Below are positions 41,525-50,285 of a stretch of 64,000 nucleotides of DNA, piece after piece (position 1 is the stretch's first letter; each line of letters opens with the position of its first letter). Source of the DNA: an uncultured Gammaproteobacteria bacterium (GTDB taxonomy: Bacteria > Patescibacteriota > Patescibacteriia > UBA9934); contig CAYFMS010000002.1 in the NCBI GenBank assembly GCA_964344415.1, positions 64,142 to 128,141 on the forward strand, in the 5' to 3' direction. The position numbers were made by a program, and so were the translations under genes. Under the pieces are notes generated by a model. It made no database searches. It worked only from the letters and a program-made list of their open reading frames with translations, and was not told the origin of the DNA.

Positions 41525-42387
41525 TAGATGTTTCGATTATCATTGTTCATGCTTTTGCACGAGAGAAACTGCGTCAAACACTGCGGGGTATTCGTCGTGC
41601 AGCTCCGCAGATGAAATATGAAATTATCATTGTCGACAATACACCAGAAGAGGGGTTTGTTGAGGTAATCGATAATGAATTTTCGGAAATCAAATACATT
41701 TCTATGCCAAAAAATGTCGGTTTTGGCGCAGGGATGAATCGCGGTATTCAAGAGTCGAGTGGTCGCTATATCTTCATTTTCAATCCAGATATCATTGTGA
41801 AGCCAGGATCTATTGAAGGGTTAATGAAATTCATGGATGAAAATACAGATATCGGTATTTGTGGTCCAAAACTTGTTAATCCAGATGGGACATTACAATA
41901 TTCTTGTTATCGATTGCCGACATGGCTATTGCCGGTATACAGACGAACTCCTCTTGGTCGATTGCCGGCAGGTAAGCGCGCTGTGAGTAATTATTTGATG
42001 ATGCATGAGTCGCATGATGAAATGATGGATGTCGATTCGCTTATTGGAGGGGCTTTATTTACGCGCCGAAAAGCGCTCAACGACGTTGGATTATTTGATG
42101 AACAATTCTTCATTTATTACGAAGATAATGATTTATGCAGGCGATTTTGGGAATCAGGCCATCGCATTGTGTATTATCCGCACAGCGAAATGATGCATTA
42201 TCATCGCAGGCAAACGGCGGATGGTAATCTATTCAGGCAATTAACATCTAAAATAACCTGGATACAAATAAGTAGTTTTATAAAATACATGCGCAAATAT
42301 CATAAAAAGCCTAATCCGCGCATTATTTTGAGTGATGATCAGGAGAGGAATGCTGTGATTGGCGCGACAATGAATCGAGAGGTATGA
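41512..42387 (+). CDS. glycosyltransferase family 2
   Basis: 'IIIVDNTPEEGF' and 'IFNPDIIV'. Confidence 0.75.
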   Translation: MGDMIDVSIIIVHAFAREKLRQTLRGIRRAAPQMKYEIIIVDNTPEEGFVEVIDNEFSEIKYISMPKNVGFGAGMNRGIQESSGRYIFIFNPDIIVKPGSIEGLMKFMDENTDIGICGPKLVNPDGTLQYSCYRLPTWLLPVYRRTPLGRLPAGKRAVSNYLMMHESHDEMMDVDSLIGGALFTRRKALNDVGLFDEQFFIYYEDNDLCRRFWESGHRIVYYPHSEMMHYHRRQTADGNLFRQLTSKITWIQISSFIKYMRKYHKKPNPRIILSDDQERNAVIGATMNREV

Positions 42388-43394
42388 GTATGTGGTCAAG
42401 GAAGATAGGTATTGATTTGGGGACGACGAGTGTTTTGGTGTATGTGCCAAAGCGCGGGATTATTATTAATGAACCGTCCGTTGTTGCGATTTCCAAAATT
42501 GACAAGACAGTGCTTGCGGTTGGAAAAGAGGCAAAGGACATGCTTGGGCGAACTCCTGACACAATTGTCGCTAAGCGTCCGCTTAAAGACGGCGTCATTG
42601 CAGATTATAAAACGACAGAAGCCATGCTTCGGTATTTTATTAATAAAGCGCTTGGCGGTATTCGTCTTTTTCGGCCGGAAGTGATGGTGGCGGTTCCGGG
42701 TGGGATTACTTCGACAGAGCGGCGCGCCGTTATCGATGCTGCAATTACGGCCGGCGCAAAATCAGCTTTCATTATTAAGCAGCCCGTTGTTGCGGCAATT
42801 GGAGCAAATATTCCTATTGGGTCCCCATCTGGTCATATGATTGTCGAGATTGGCGGAGGGACGACAGAAATGGCTGTGATTTCTCTTGGTGGAATTGTGT
42901 CATCGGACTCGGTGCGTATTGGCGGAGTGAAATTTGATCATGCAATTACAGAACATATTCGCAAGAAATATAATTTGGCCATCGGTGAGAGGACGGCCGA
43001 GGATATTAAAATCACAGTTGGATCTGCGATGTATTTAGAGGATGCACTTTCTATGGAAGTGAAGGGGCGCGATATGATTACAGGACTTCCAAAAATTGTC
43101 GAGGTTACTTCTGATGATGTTACGGAAGCGATTCAGCCGCTTCTTGAGGGAGTTCTTCAAACATTGAAAGATGTTCTGTATAAAACACCGCCAGAGCTTT
43201 CGGCCGATGTTATGGATAAAGGAATTGTTATTTCAGGTGGATCGTCGCAGCTTCGAAATCTTGATAGATTGATTTCAGAATCGACGGGTGTGCCAACCTA
43301 TGTTGCAGAAGAGCCGCAAATGGCTGTTGCTAGAGGAACGGGAATTGCGCTCGAAAATCTCGACGCATATAAACGCAGCGTCTTCACCAATTAA
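42384..43394 (+). CDS. mreB: rod shape-determining actin homolog
   Basis: 'IGIDLGTTSVLVY' and 'MIVEIGGGTTEMAVIS' actin-fold motifs. Confidence 0.9.
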   Translation: MSMWSRKIGIDLGTTSVLVYVPKRGIIINEPSVVAISKIDKTVLAVGKEAKDMLGRTPDTIVAKRPLKDGVIADYKTTEAMLRYFINKALGGIRLFRPEVMVAVPGGITSTERRAVIDAAITAGAKSAFIIKQPVVAAIGANIPIGSPSGHMIVEIGGGTTEMAVISLGGIVSSDSVRIGGVKFDHAITEHIRKKYNLAIGERTAEDIKITVGSAMYLEDALSMEVKGRDMITGLPKIVEVTSDDVTEAIQPLLEGVLQTLKDVLYKTPPELSADVMDKGIVISGGSSQLRNLDRLISESTGVPTYVAEEPQMAVARGTGIALENLDAYKRSVFTN

Positions 43395-43444
43395 CCCGTG
43401 AACCCACGAGATCTGATCTACTTATCCACAGACAACGTCCGACT

Positions 43445-44563
43445 TTGAATTATATGCTAACAATAGGGATCGATGTACATCCACTTCTGCGCAAGCAATA
43501 TACCGGCACAGAACGGTACCTTTTCGAGTTGATTAATGCGATGATGGCTGATAGTTATCCACAGTCAACGTCCGACGTTGAATTTGTTTTATATGCATCG
43601 AGTCCGGTGGATTCACTTAGGGAATTGCCAAAAAACTGGAGTTGGGAAATTGTAAAATGGAAAGGTCCTGGATACACTCATCTCGGACTTTCAAGGCATT
43701 TTATGCAAAATCCGCCGGATATTCTTTTTGTGCCGGCTCATGAAATCCCACTATTTACCGGAAAAGTTAAAATCGTGACGACAATTCATGACCTGGCTTT
43801 TTATCATATTCCGCAGGCATACTCTTGGTTCAATGTGCTGCGGCAAAAATGGTCTCTTCATCGTAGTGTGCGAAAAGCAGATCGTATTATCGCGATTTCT
43901 CAAAAAACAAAGAATGACATCCTAAAACATACAAAATGTGATGACTACAAAATAGATATTGTACATTTGGGAAACTCAATTCAAAAACCTACCGATAATT
44001 CTATTCAAAATACATTGAACCATTATCATCTCGATGAGCAGGGCTATTTTTTCTATATTGGAAGACTTGAAGCAAAGAAGAATATCGCTATGCTTCTGGA
44101 TGCATTTGAAATATATGCGAAGAATGGCGGGGAAAAGGATTTAGTGCTGGCTGGAAAATGGGGGTATGGATCCGAGAATATAAAACAAAAAATTGAAGTG
44201 TCTAAATTCAAGAATAAAATACGAGTTCTGGGATTTATTCCGCAAGAAGAATTATCGGCGCTCTATGCTGGATCGGAAGCATTTGTATTTCCATCTCTTT
44301 ATGAGGGATTTGGCATGCCAATTCTTGAGGCACTCGCATGCGGGACGAATGTTTTAGCATCGGATATAGCTATTCACAGAGAAATCGGTGGCGATATAAT
44401 ACAATATGCAAAGGTGGATGATGCGGGCGAATGGGCCGTGAAGATGGCTGCAATGAAAAGGGACGTATCAAATACAGAGACGGCGGGTCATTTGAAGAAA
44501 TTTACATGGGATGCGGCTGCGAATAAGACGATGAGCATTCTTCGAGAAACATGGACGAATTAA
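43445..44563 (+). CDS. glycosyltransferase family 1 (GT4)
   Basis: 'EGFGMPILEALACGTNVLASD'. The real start is probably the ATG at 43454. Confidence 0.8.
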   Translation: MNYMLTIGIDVHPLLRKQYTGTERYLFELINAMMADSYPQSTSDVEFVLYASSPVDSLRELPKNWSWEIVKWKGPGYTHLGLSRHFMQNPPDILFVPAHEIPLFTGKVKIVTTIHDLAFYHIPQAYSWFNVLRQKWSLHRSVRKADRIIAISQKTKNDILKHTKCDDYKIDIVHLGNSIQKPTDNSIQNTLNHYHLDEQGYFFYIGRLEAKKNIAMLLDAFEIYAKNGGEKDLVLAGKWGYGSENIKQKIEVSKFKNKIRVLGFIPQEELSALYAGSEAFVFPSLYEGFGMPILEALACGTNVLASDIAIHREIGGDIIQYAKVDDAGEWAVKMAAMKRDVSNTETAGHLKKFTWDAAANKTMSILRETWTN

Positions 44564-45330
44564 TACATCAATTAACAAAGATTGGTTTCGGTGAGAGCGA
44601 GGGGAAATGCTATCTTGCTCTTCTTCAATTTGGATCAGCGACCGTGAGGCAGGTTTCACTTACGACGGGACTTTCTCGGTCAACAGTGCATAGAAAATTC
44701 GAGGATTTAATGCGCAAAGGCGTCATCATGAAGCAAGGGGAGGGCGAAGATGAACAGCGATTCATTGCCGAGCCTCCGGAGCGGTTGCAGTCGCTGATTC
44801 ATCATCAGATTCAGGAGCTTGAATCGCGCAGGCGCATGGTTGACCGCATTCTTGGACGATTGCGAGCTATGCATAATACGGCTTCGGCAAGGCCAAAAGT
44901 TCGGTATATCGAAACGATTGAGGGACTGCGCATGGTGCAGAGACAATTCGAAGAAATGAAAGATGACATGATTCAATTAGTCGGCTATGACACCTTTCTT
45001 GAATTGCATCAAGCTCCCTATGCAGATGAGCATCAGGGGGAATTGGCGCAATCTGTAAGGAAGATTCGGTCTATTTTGATTACAGATAAAGATATTTCTT
45101 TTCCAAGTACGCTTAATATCGAATATGTCATTTTGAGCCCAGAATCTATGCCGGCAACCGGTGAAATGTCTGTTTGCGGAAATCGATTATTGCTCTTTTC
45201 ATATATTTCAGGACTTGCAGCTGTTGAAATTACATCTGCGTCTATTGCTGAAACAGCTCGATTGACGCTCGAGCTTGCTTGGCAGAGAGCAAAAGAGTTG
45301 GGAGAGTATAAGAAAAATCGGCCCAGCTAG
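44551..45330 (+). CDS. TrmB-family transcriptional regulator
   Basis: N-terminal wHTH 'FGESEGKCYLALLQFGSATVRQVSLTTGLSRSTVHRKFEDLMRKG'. Confidence 0.65.
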   Translation: MDELIHQLTKIGFGESEGKCYLALLQFGSATVRQVSLTTGLSRSTVHRKFEDLMRKGVIMKQGEGEDEQRFIAEPPERLQSLIHHQIQELESRRRMVDRILGRLRAMHNTASARPKVRYIETIEGLRMVQRQFEEMKDDMIQLVGYDTFLELHQAPYADEHQGELAQSVRKIRSILITDKDISFPSTLNIEYVILSPESMPATGEMSVCGNRLLLFSYISGLAAVEITSASIAETARLTLELAWQRAKELGEYKKNRPS

Positions 45331-45361
45331 GTAGCGGGGCCGATTTAGTCGGCGATGAGTT

Positions 45362-45937
45362 CTAGGATTCGACGTTGAAGCTGTCTTCTTCGTCGACGTC
45401 CATGCCCCAGTACTTGCAACTGGGGCGGAAATTCACACCGCGCTTGTGCTTGGCCCACTGGGGGCCACGGAAGTCGCGGGTGCGGTCACGTCGGCGAGCG
45501 CGCAGCTTCTCGGCAGGGACCAAGTCCCAGCCGAGCCACAGGGTCCCGTCGAACTGCCGGAAGGCGGCTCGAGTGACACCGTAGTCTCCGTAGAGACGTG
45601 CCTCTCGGACGAGGGAATGGATCTTCGGATGCTTCGCAGCCTCCAGCTCCATGCGCTCCTGCAACGCGTACGGATCATACGCCTCGCCGTCGACCTCGAC
45701 GACCGTCACGGACTCGCTGTCCGTATCGCTGAGGTCCGCCGGGAGCAGGTCGTCGGAATCCTCGACCTCATCGGTCTCCCACGGATTGACCGTGGCGAGC
45801 TCCTCGACATCTCGCCAGTCGCTCTTGTCGGCGAAGGCGACGCCCATGTTCTCGAGGACAAAATCCTCGTGACCCATGGGATTGATGGTCGTAACCGAGC
45901 CAGCCATGACGCTGGCAACAAAAGTGCACAAGTCCAA
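45362..45937 (-). CDS. acidic hypothetical protein (about 190 aa) in a GC-rich insert
   Basis: GC-rich third codon positions; TTG start with RBS AAGGAG; preceded (minus-sense upstream) by copy 1 of the 42-bp element. Confidence 0.5.
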   Translation of the reverse strand: MDLCTFVASVMAGSVTTINPMGHEDFVLENMGVAFADKSDWRDVEELATVNPWETDEVEDSDDLLPADLSDTDSESVTVVEVDGEAYDPYALQERMELEAAKHPKIHSLVREARLYGDYGVTRAAFRQFDGTLWLGWDLVPAEKLRARRRDRTRDFRGPQWAKHKRGVNFRPSCKYWGMDVDEEDSFNVES

Positions 45938-45974
45938 TTCGCTCTCCTTGATTGAATGCGGCCTTTGGCCGCGG

Positions 45975-46016
45975 GTTGAAGTTTCATCTCAGCGCACAGA
46001 ATGCGCTAGGAGAAAC
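45975..46016. repeat. 42-bp element copy 1 ('gttgaagtttcatctcagcgcacagaatgcgctaggagaaac')
   Basis: Identical to 46721-46762. Contains the hairpin AGCGCA-cagaa-TGCGCT and, on the minus strand, 'ATGAAACTTCAAC'. Confidence 0.9.
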
Positions 46017-46067
46017 CCCGGACATGCACCATGTGATGCAGTCCGGGAAGTTCGGCATCGAAGTCGT

Positions 46068-46703
46068 CTACTTCTTTGCCTGTTCGATGCGCCGCTGTTC
46101 TTGTGAGACTGCGGCATGGATCCTGCCGTCACCCAAGGACTTGTGCACATTCTTCGCTGCCATCAGCTGTGCGAATGTGAGTCCATTGAGTCCTTTTAGA
46201 CGCGCACCCTCCAGATTTGCATCCTTCAGATTCGCACCCTCCAGATCCGCACCAAACAGATTTGCGCCCTCAAGATTTGCACCTTTCAGATTCGTACCCT
46301 CCAGAACCGCACCGTCGAGATTTGCACCCATCAGATTCGTACCCTCCAGATCCGCACCAAGCAGAAACACACCGCTCAGTTCCGTACCCGCCAGAATTGT
46401 ATACGCCAGATTTGCATCCTCCAGATTCGCACAAAGCAGAAACGCACCCTCGAGATTTGCATCCTTCAGATTCGCATCCTTCAGACGCGCAGCCATCAGA
46501 CCCGCACCCATCAGATTCGCGCCCATCAGATTTGCGCCCATCAGATTTGCGCACCTCAGATGCGCACCCTCCAGATTCGCACCCATCAGATTCGCATCCG
46601 CCAGATTGATCACTGCAGATGGGTGTTCTTCTCGCCACGCATTGAAGGATTTGACCCCTTCTTCACCTTCACGCAACATCTCCAGCAATTCTTCCTTGGT
46701 CAT
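46068..46703 (-). CDS. pentapeptide-repeat protein
   Basis: About 30 tandem A(D/N)LxG-type pentapeptides ('ANLMGANLEGAHLRCANLMGANL...'); start 'MTKEEL' with RBS GGAGGAGG; GC-rich. Confidence 0.8.
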   Translation of the reverse strand: MTKEELLEMLREGEEGVKSFNAWREEHPSAVINLADANLMGANLEGAHLRCANLMGANLMGANLMGAGLMAARLKDANLKDANLEGAFLLCANLEDANLAYTILAGTELSGVFLLGADLEGTNLMGANLDGAVLEGTNLKGANLEGANLFGADLEGANLKDANLEGARLKGLNGLTFAQLMAAKNVHKSLGDGRIHAAVSQEQRRIEQAKK

Positions 46704-46720
46704 TAAGACCTCCTCCGTAT

Positions 46721-46762
46721 GTTGAAGTTTCATCTCAGCGCACAGAATGCGCTAGGAGAAAC
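46721..46762. repeat. 42-bp element copy 2
   Basis: Identical to 45975-46016; lies immediately upstream (minus sense) of the pentapeptide-repeat gene. Confidence 0.9.
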
Positions 46763-47385
46763 TCCAATCTATAACATCATCTGAGGGTGAGCTTGTATGC
46801 TCGTATGCATACGGCTAGCAGTGACGTAGATACGTATGCCAGCAAGAATCCCTGGCATGTGCCGCCAGTCAGCCGGAGCCGAGTGATGGCACTTGGAATT
46901 CAATAAGCTTATATCACCCAAAAGCGATATATCCTCCATACCTCCCGAGAGGGCTGCATGGAAACTCTCTCCCCCAGATGATGTAATAGATCAGCTGCTT
47001 TTAGCAGACGTACAAATGTAGCAAAAAATGGGCCTTTTGTCAAGGTGTCGTGAAGATTTTTTGGCTAATATTGGGGAATTTATAAAAGTAAGTAAAGCGA
47101 GTAAAGTTAGAAAAGTGAGTAAATAGGGCAGGTAAATCCAGTTTGGGATTACCCTTGTTTGAAATCCCAGCCTACGAGCTGGGATCCACTCGACAAACAG
47201 GGGATTCTCCGCCTTCGCTCGGCAGAGCTACGTCGGGCAAGCAAGGCCGGAATGACGGAAGACAAACTCCTTAAACTCTGTAAACTCATTTAAACTCTGA
47301 GCGAGTGCGCCCTCCTAACCTCCCTAACTTTACTCGCTTTTCTAACTTTTCCACCCCCTAAACCCTATTTTGCTATAATCCTCAT
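46763..47385. repeat. 623-bp non-coding region, GC-rich then mosaic repeat modules (long imperfect inverted repeat around a nested hairpin; modules E, D and F)
   Basis: 'gtaaagcgagtaaagttagaaaag' at 47097 pairs with 'cttttctaactttactcgctt' at 47325. Nested hairpin 'cccttgtttg-aaa-tcccagc-ctacga-gctggga-...-caaacagggg' at 47150-47215. Confidence 0.7.
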
Positions 47386-48207
47386 ATGAAAATTATTGGT
47401 CACAAAAAGCAGCGAATGTATCTTGAGAATGTCATGGACAATGATGCTCTTCATCATGCCTATCTTTTTTCTGGGCCATCTGAGACTGGCAAGAAAACGA
47501 TTGCCTTGGAAATATCTGCAAAATTATTAGGTGTTGATCACCCGAATCAAAGCGTGAATTTCCGCATGATTCAACCTGAAATTGATAAAAAAACAGGACA
47601 GAAAAAATCGTCAATTACTATTTCGCAGATTCAGGATATTCAAACGCTCACATCATCGGGTGGAATTGGATCGGGAAAAAGGATCGTCATTATCGATGAT
47701 GCGCATACAATGACGACGGCCGCGCAGAATGCTCTATTGAAAACGCTCGAAGAGCCATCGGCGAATACACATTTCTTTCTTATTGTGATTGATGATTCAA
47801 AATTGTTACCAACCATACATTCTCGTGCAATGAATTTGCATTTTGGTCTTGTCCCGCACAGCGAATACCCAGATGATTTGAAAGAAGTGTTTACAAAGCA
47901 ATCAGATGAACTGCGCGCGATTATTCATGGTCGCCCAGGAATGGTCATCGATCTGCAGTCAGGACATGATATGATGATTGAGAATGTACAGCGCATTGTT
48001 GATATTCGGTCAGCAAGGCCACATGAGCGAATGATGGCAGCGGAAAAAATGGCAAAAAGCTCCGCTGTAGAAATCGAACATTTCCTTCTAGACTACCTGT
48101 CAATCGCACGGTCAAAAGGGGAAGATATTGAACATGTTCTTACAGCGATGCAGTTACTTAAAATGAATGTAAATAAAACATTAGTCCTTGAAAAAGCAAT
48201 TTTATGA
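47386..48207 (+). CDS. holB: DNA polymerase III subunit delta'
   Basis: 'HAYLFSGPSETGKKTIA' AAA+ clamp-loader Walker A; 273 aa. Confidence 0.8.
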   Translation: MKIIGHKKQRMYLENVMDNDALHHAYLFSGPSETGKKTIALEISAKLLGVDHPNQSVNFRMIQPEIDKKTGQKKSSITISQIQDIQTLTSSGGIGSGKRIVIIDDAHTMTTAAQNALLKTLEEPSANTHFFLIVIDDSKLLPTIHSRAMNLHFGLVPHSEYPDDLKEVFTKQSDELRAIIHGRPGMVIDLQSGHDMMIENVQRIVDIRSARPHERMMAAEKMAKSSAVEIEHFLLDYLSIARSKGEDIEHVLTAMQLLKMNVNKTLVLEKAIL

Positions 48208-49253
48208 AATCAATATTGAAGCCATTTATTATTGTTGCGGGATTGCTCCTGATTGGGCAGGGGTGTTTTGGCGGCACGAGTCGAGCAAATGATGGCGGAC
48301 TATGGCAGTCTGGCGATGCAGGAGAGTCATGGGAGCAGCTTTCAAATTTGCCGCAATTGAGCGGTGTTGCGTCCATTGGTGGCGTAAATGTTCTTGATCT
48401 AGCGATTGATCCGAATGATGATGCTGTTTATTACCTCGGAACAGCTCAAAATGGATTATTCTATACACTTGACAATGCAAAGACATGGCAGCGACCGCGA
48501 CAGAAAGAATTTCAAAGCGGGCAAATATCAAATCTTGTGGTCCATCCAAAAAATAGCTGTATCGTGTATGGATTACGTGGCACAGAAATCATTCAAACCA
48601 TTGATTGCGCTCGAAGTTTTAAAGTTCTTTATCAGCAAACGGGCGGAGATTCTCTTACCGGTCTCGCCGTCGATTGGTTCAATCCAGACATTATCTGGGC
48701 GGGTACGAGCGACGGAGATGTGATTAAAAGTGTTGATGGTGGCCAAACATGGAGCGCGAGCTTGCGAGTCGGTGATGCAATTACGGCGATTGAATTAAGT
48801 AATGCCGACAGTCGAATTGTCATGGTTGGTACCGAAGACAAGGGATACTATTATTCCCAAGATGCTGGTGAAAGTTGGTTTGAATATGAGGACGAATTAA
48901 GTGACTATCGTGGTTCTGATGAAGTCTTTGACTTTTCTCAAACAGAAGATGGATCGCTCGTGGTCATGCTGACTTCTTATGGTTTGCTCGGGTCTCTTGA
49001 TGCCGGTGAGTCATGGGAGGCATTCTCACTTGTTACAGCGCCAGGTGAAATTGTGATCTATGATGTCGAGGTTGATCCAAATGATGCAAGCACCATTTAT
49101 TATGCAACTGACGGGACATTATATATATCGACTGATCAAGGTCGATCCTGGAATACGCAGTCATTACCATCCAGCCGCGCTCTGCTTGATCTGGAAATGC
49201 ATGATCACATCGACGGGCTGCTCCTTGGAGGATTTGCAGCGATTGACGATTGA
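48204..49253 (+). CDS. secreted BNR/Asp-box repeat (sialidase-like or Ycf48-like beta-propeller) protein
   Basis: Signal peptide followed by repeated S-x-D-x-G-x-(T/S)-W boxes ('SGDAGESWE', 'SVDGGQTWS', 'SQDAGESWF', 'SLDAGESWE', 'STDQGRSWN'). Confidence 0.7.
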   Translation: MKSILKPFIIVAGLLLIGQGCFGGTSRANDGGLWQSGDAGESWEQLSNLPQLSGVASIGGVNVLDLAIDPNDDAVYYLGTAQNGLFYTLDNAKTWQRPRQKEFQSGQISNLVVHPKNSCIVYGLRGTEIIQTIDCARSFKVLYQQTGGDSLTGLAVDWFNPDIIWAGTSDGDVIKSVDGGQTWSASLRVGDAITAIELSNADSRIVMVGTEDKGYYYSQDAGESWFEYEDELSDYRGSDEVFDFSQTEDGSLVVMLTSYGLLGSLDAGESWEAFSLVTAPGEIVIYDVEVDPNDASTIYYATDGTLYISTDQGRSWNTQSLPSSRALLDLEMHDHIDGLLLGGFAAIDD

Positions 49254-49427
49254 TAAGATGGATACGCAGAGTTTAAAGGAGTTTAGAAGAGTTTTATAGG
49301 AAATCTATTGCTCATCGACTACTTACTATTTACTACGAACTACTTACTCCTGTCATAATAATTAAAACATTGCAAAAAACATGGCTTTATCATAATCTGG
49401 CGGTACACATAAAGATGCAAAGAACAT

Positions 49428-49970
49428 ATGTCAATAGTAAATGAAGCAGGGCCACAATTTGATAAATCAATAGATCACCTCGCGCAGGAATTGCGAGGAT
49501 TGCGTACCGGAAGGGCGACTCCGACACTTGTCGAAGATCTTCAAATTGAATTATACGGTGCAATGCAGCCACTGAAGGCAGCGGCATCTATTTCAACTCC
49601 CGATGCCAGAACTATTCAGATCGAGCCATGGGATGCGAGTGCTGTTAAGGCAATTGAATCTGCCATTATGAAATCTGATATTGGAATTAATCCGAATGTT
49701 GATGGAAAGACGATTCGTTTGAACATGCCAATGATGACCGATGAAATGCGTCAAGAAATGGTAAAAAAATTAAAGGCTAAGATGGAAGATGCTCGCGTTT
49801 CAATCCGTCGTGTACGTGAGGACGTGAAGAAAAAGATTGAGGGACAAGATGGAATAGGAGATGATGATAAGCATGCTCAATTAGATGAGCTTGAAAAGAC
49901 TGTTAAGCAGTACAATGAACAAATTGATGGGTTGGGCAAAAAGAAAGAAGAAGAGATCACAACTATTTAG
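49428..49970 (+). CDS. frr: ribosome recycling factor
   Basis: 'LRTGRATPTLVEDLQIELYG' and 'AIMKSDIGINPNVDGKTIRLNMP'; 180 aa. Confidence 0.9.
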   Translation: MSIVNEAGPQFDKSIDHLAQELRGLRTGRATPTLVEDLQIELYGAMQPLKAAASISTPDARTIQIEPWDASAVKAIESAIMKSDIGINPNVDGKTIRLNMPMMTDEMRQEMVKKLKAKMEDARVSIRRVREDVKKKIEGQDGIGDDDKHAQLDELEKTVKQYNEQIDGLGKKKEEEITTI

Positions 49971-50088
49971 TCGCTTGTGAGTTAGCGATCTTTGTCCTCG
50001 GTTCTCCGGTCCTCGACACCGTACCTTTCAGTACGGCTTACTCCGGTCCTCGTACCTCGAACAAATCTCATCTAACTCACTGCGCGAC
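49970..50088. repeat. 119-bp TIR-bounded intergenic element, copy A1
   Basis: Left end 'gtcgcttgtgagttag', right end 'ctaactcactgcgcgac' (inverted), internal hairpin 'ccgtacctttcagtacgg'. It starts at the G of the frr TAG stop. Confidence 0.85.
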
Positions 50089-50285
50089 CGAGGTTCGTCA
50101 AAAACCATCCAGCATCCTGTGCGACTACGATTCTCCCATTTTGTCATCTCGAGCGAATGCGAGAGATCTCCTGCATATTGATTAGATTTCTCCATGCGGC
50201 CTTCGGCCTTAGTCGAAATGACGGATGGGAGCAATCTAACCCCTACACCCTAACCCCTACACCCTAAAACCCGTAACTACTCACT
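50089..50285. repeat. mosaic repeat modules (B, E and telomere-like 'cccctacaccctaacccctacaccctaaaaccc') running up to the glyQS start
   Basis: Shared modules with 51660-51903, 58930-59170 and 60208-60485. Confidence 0.7.

Noticed and set aside
45706-45987. 93-aa minus-strand ORF starting at the 'ATGAAACTTCAAC' of the 42-bp element copy 1
   Set aside because: It is in a different frame from the acidic gene, its Arg/Ser/Pro-rich composition suggests an artefact, and the shared ATG probably belongs to the repeated leader rather than to a real start here.
45952-46725. 257-aa plus-strand ORF with a 'RFAPSRFAPIRFAP' repeat
   Set aside because: It is the antisense reading of the pentapeptide-repeat gene (a periodic DNA repeat gives a periodic antisense ORF). 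Codon bias and the RBS support the minus-strand gene.
47120-47140. 'atagggcaggtaa' resembling the RNase P RNA P4 region 'AUAGGGCAGG...GGUAA'
   Set aside because: The universally conserved 'GGAAAGUCCGGGCUCC' is absent and there is no overall RNase P RNA architecture.
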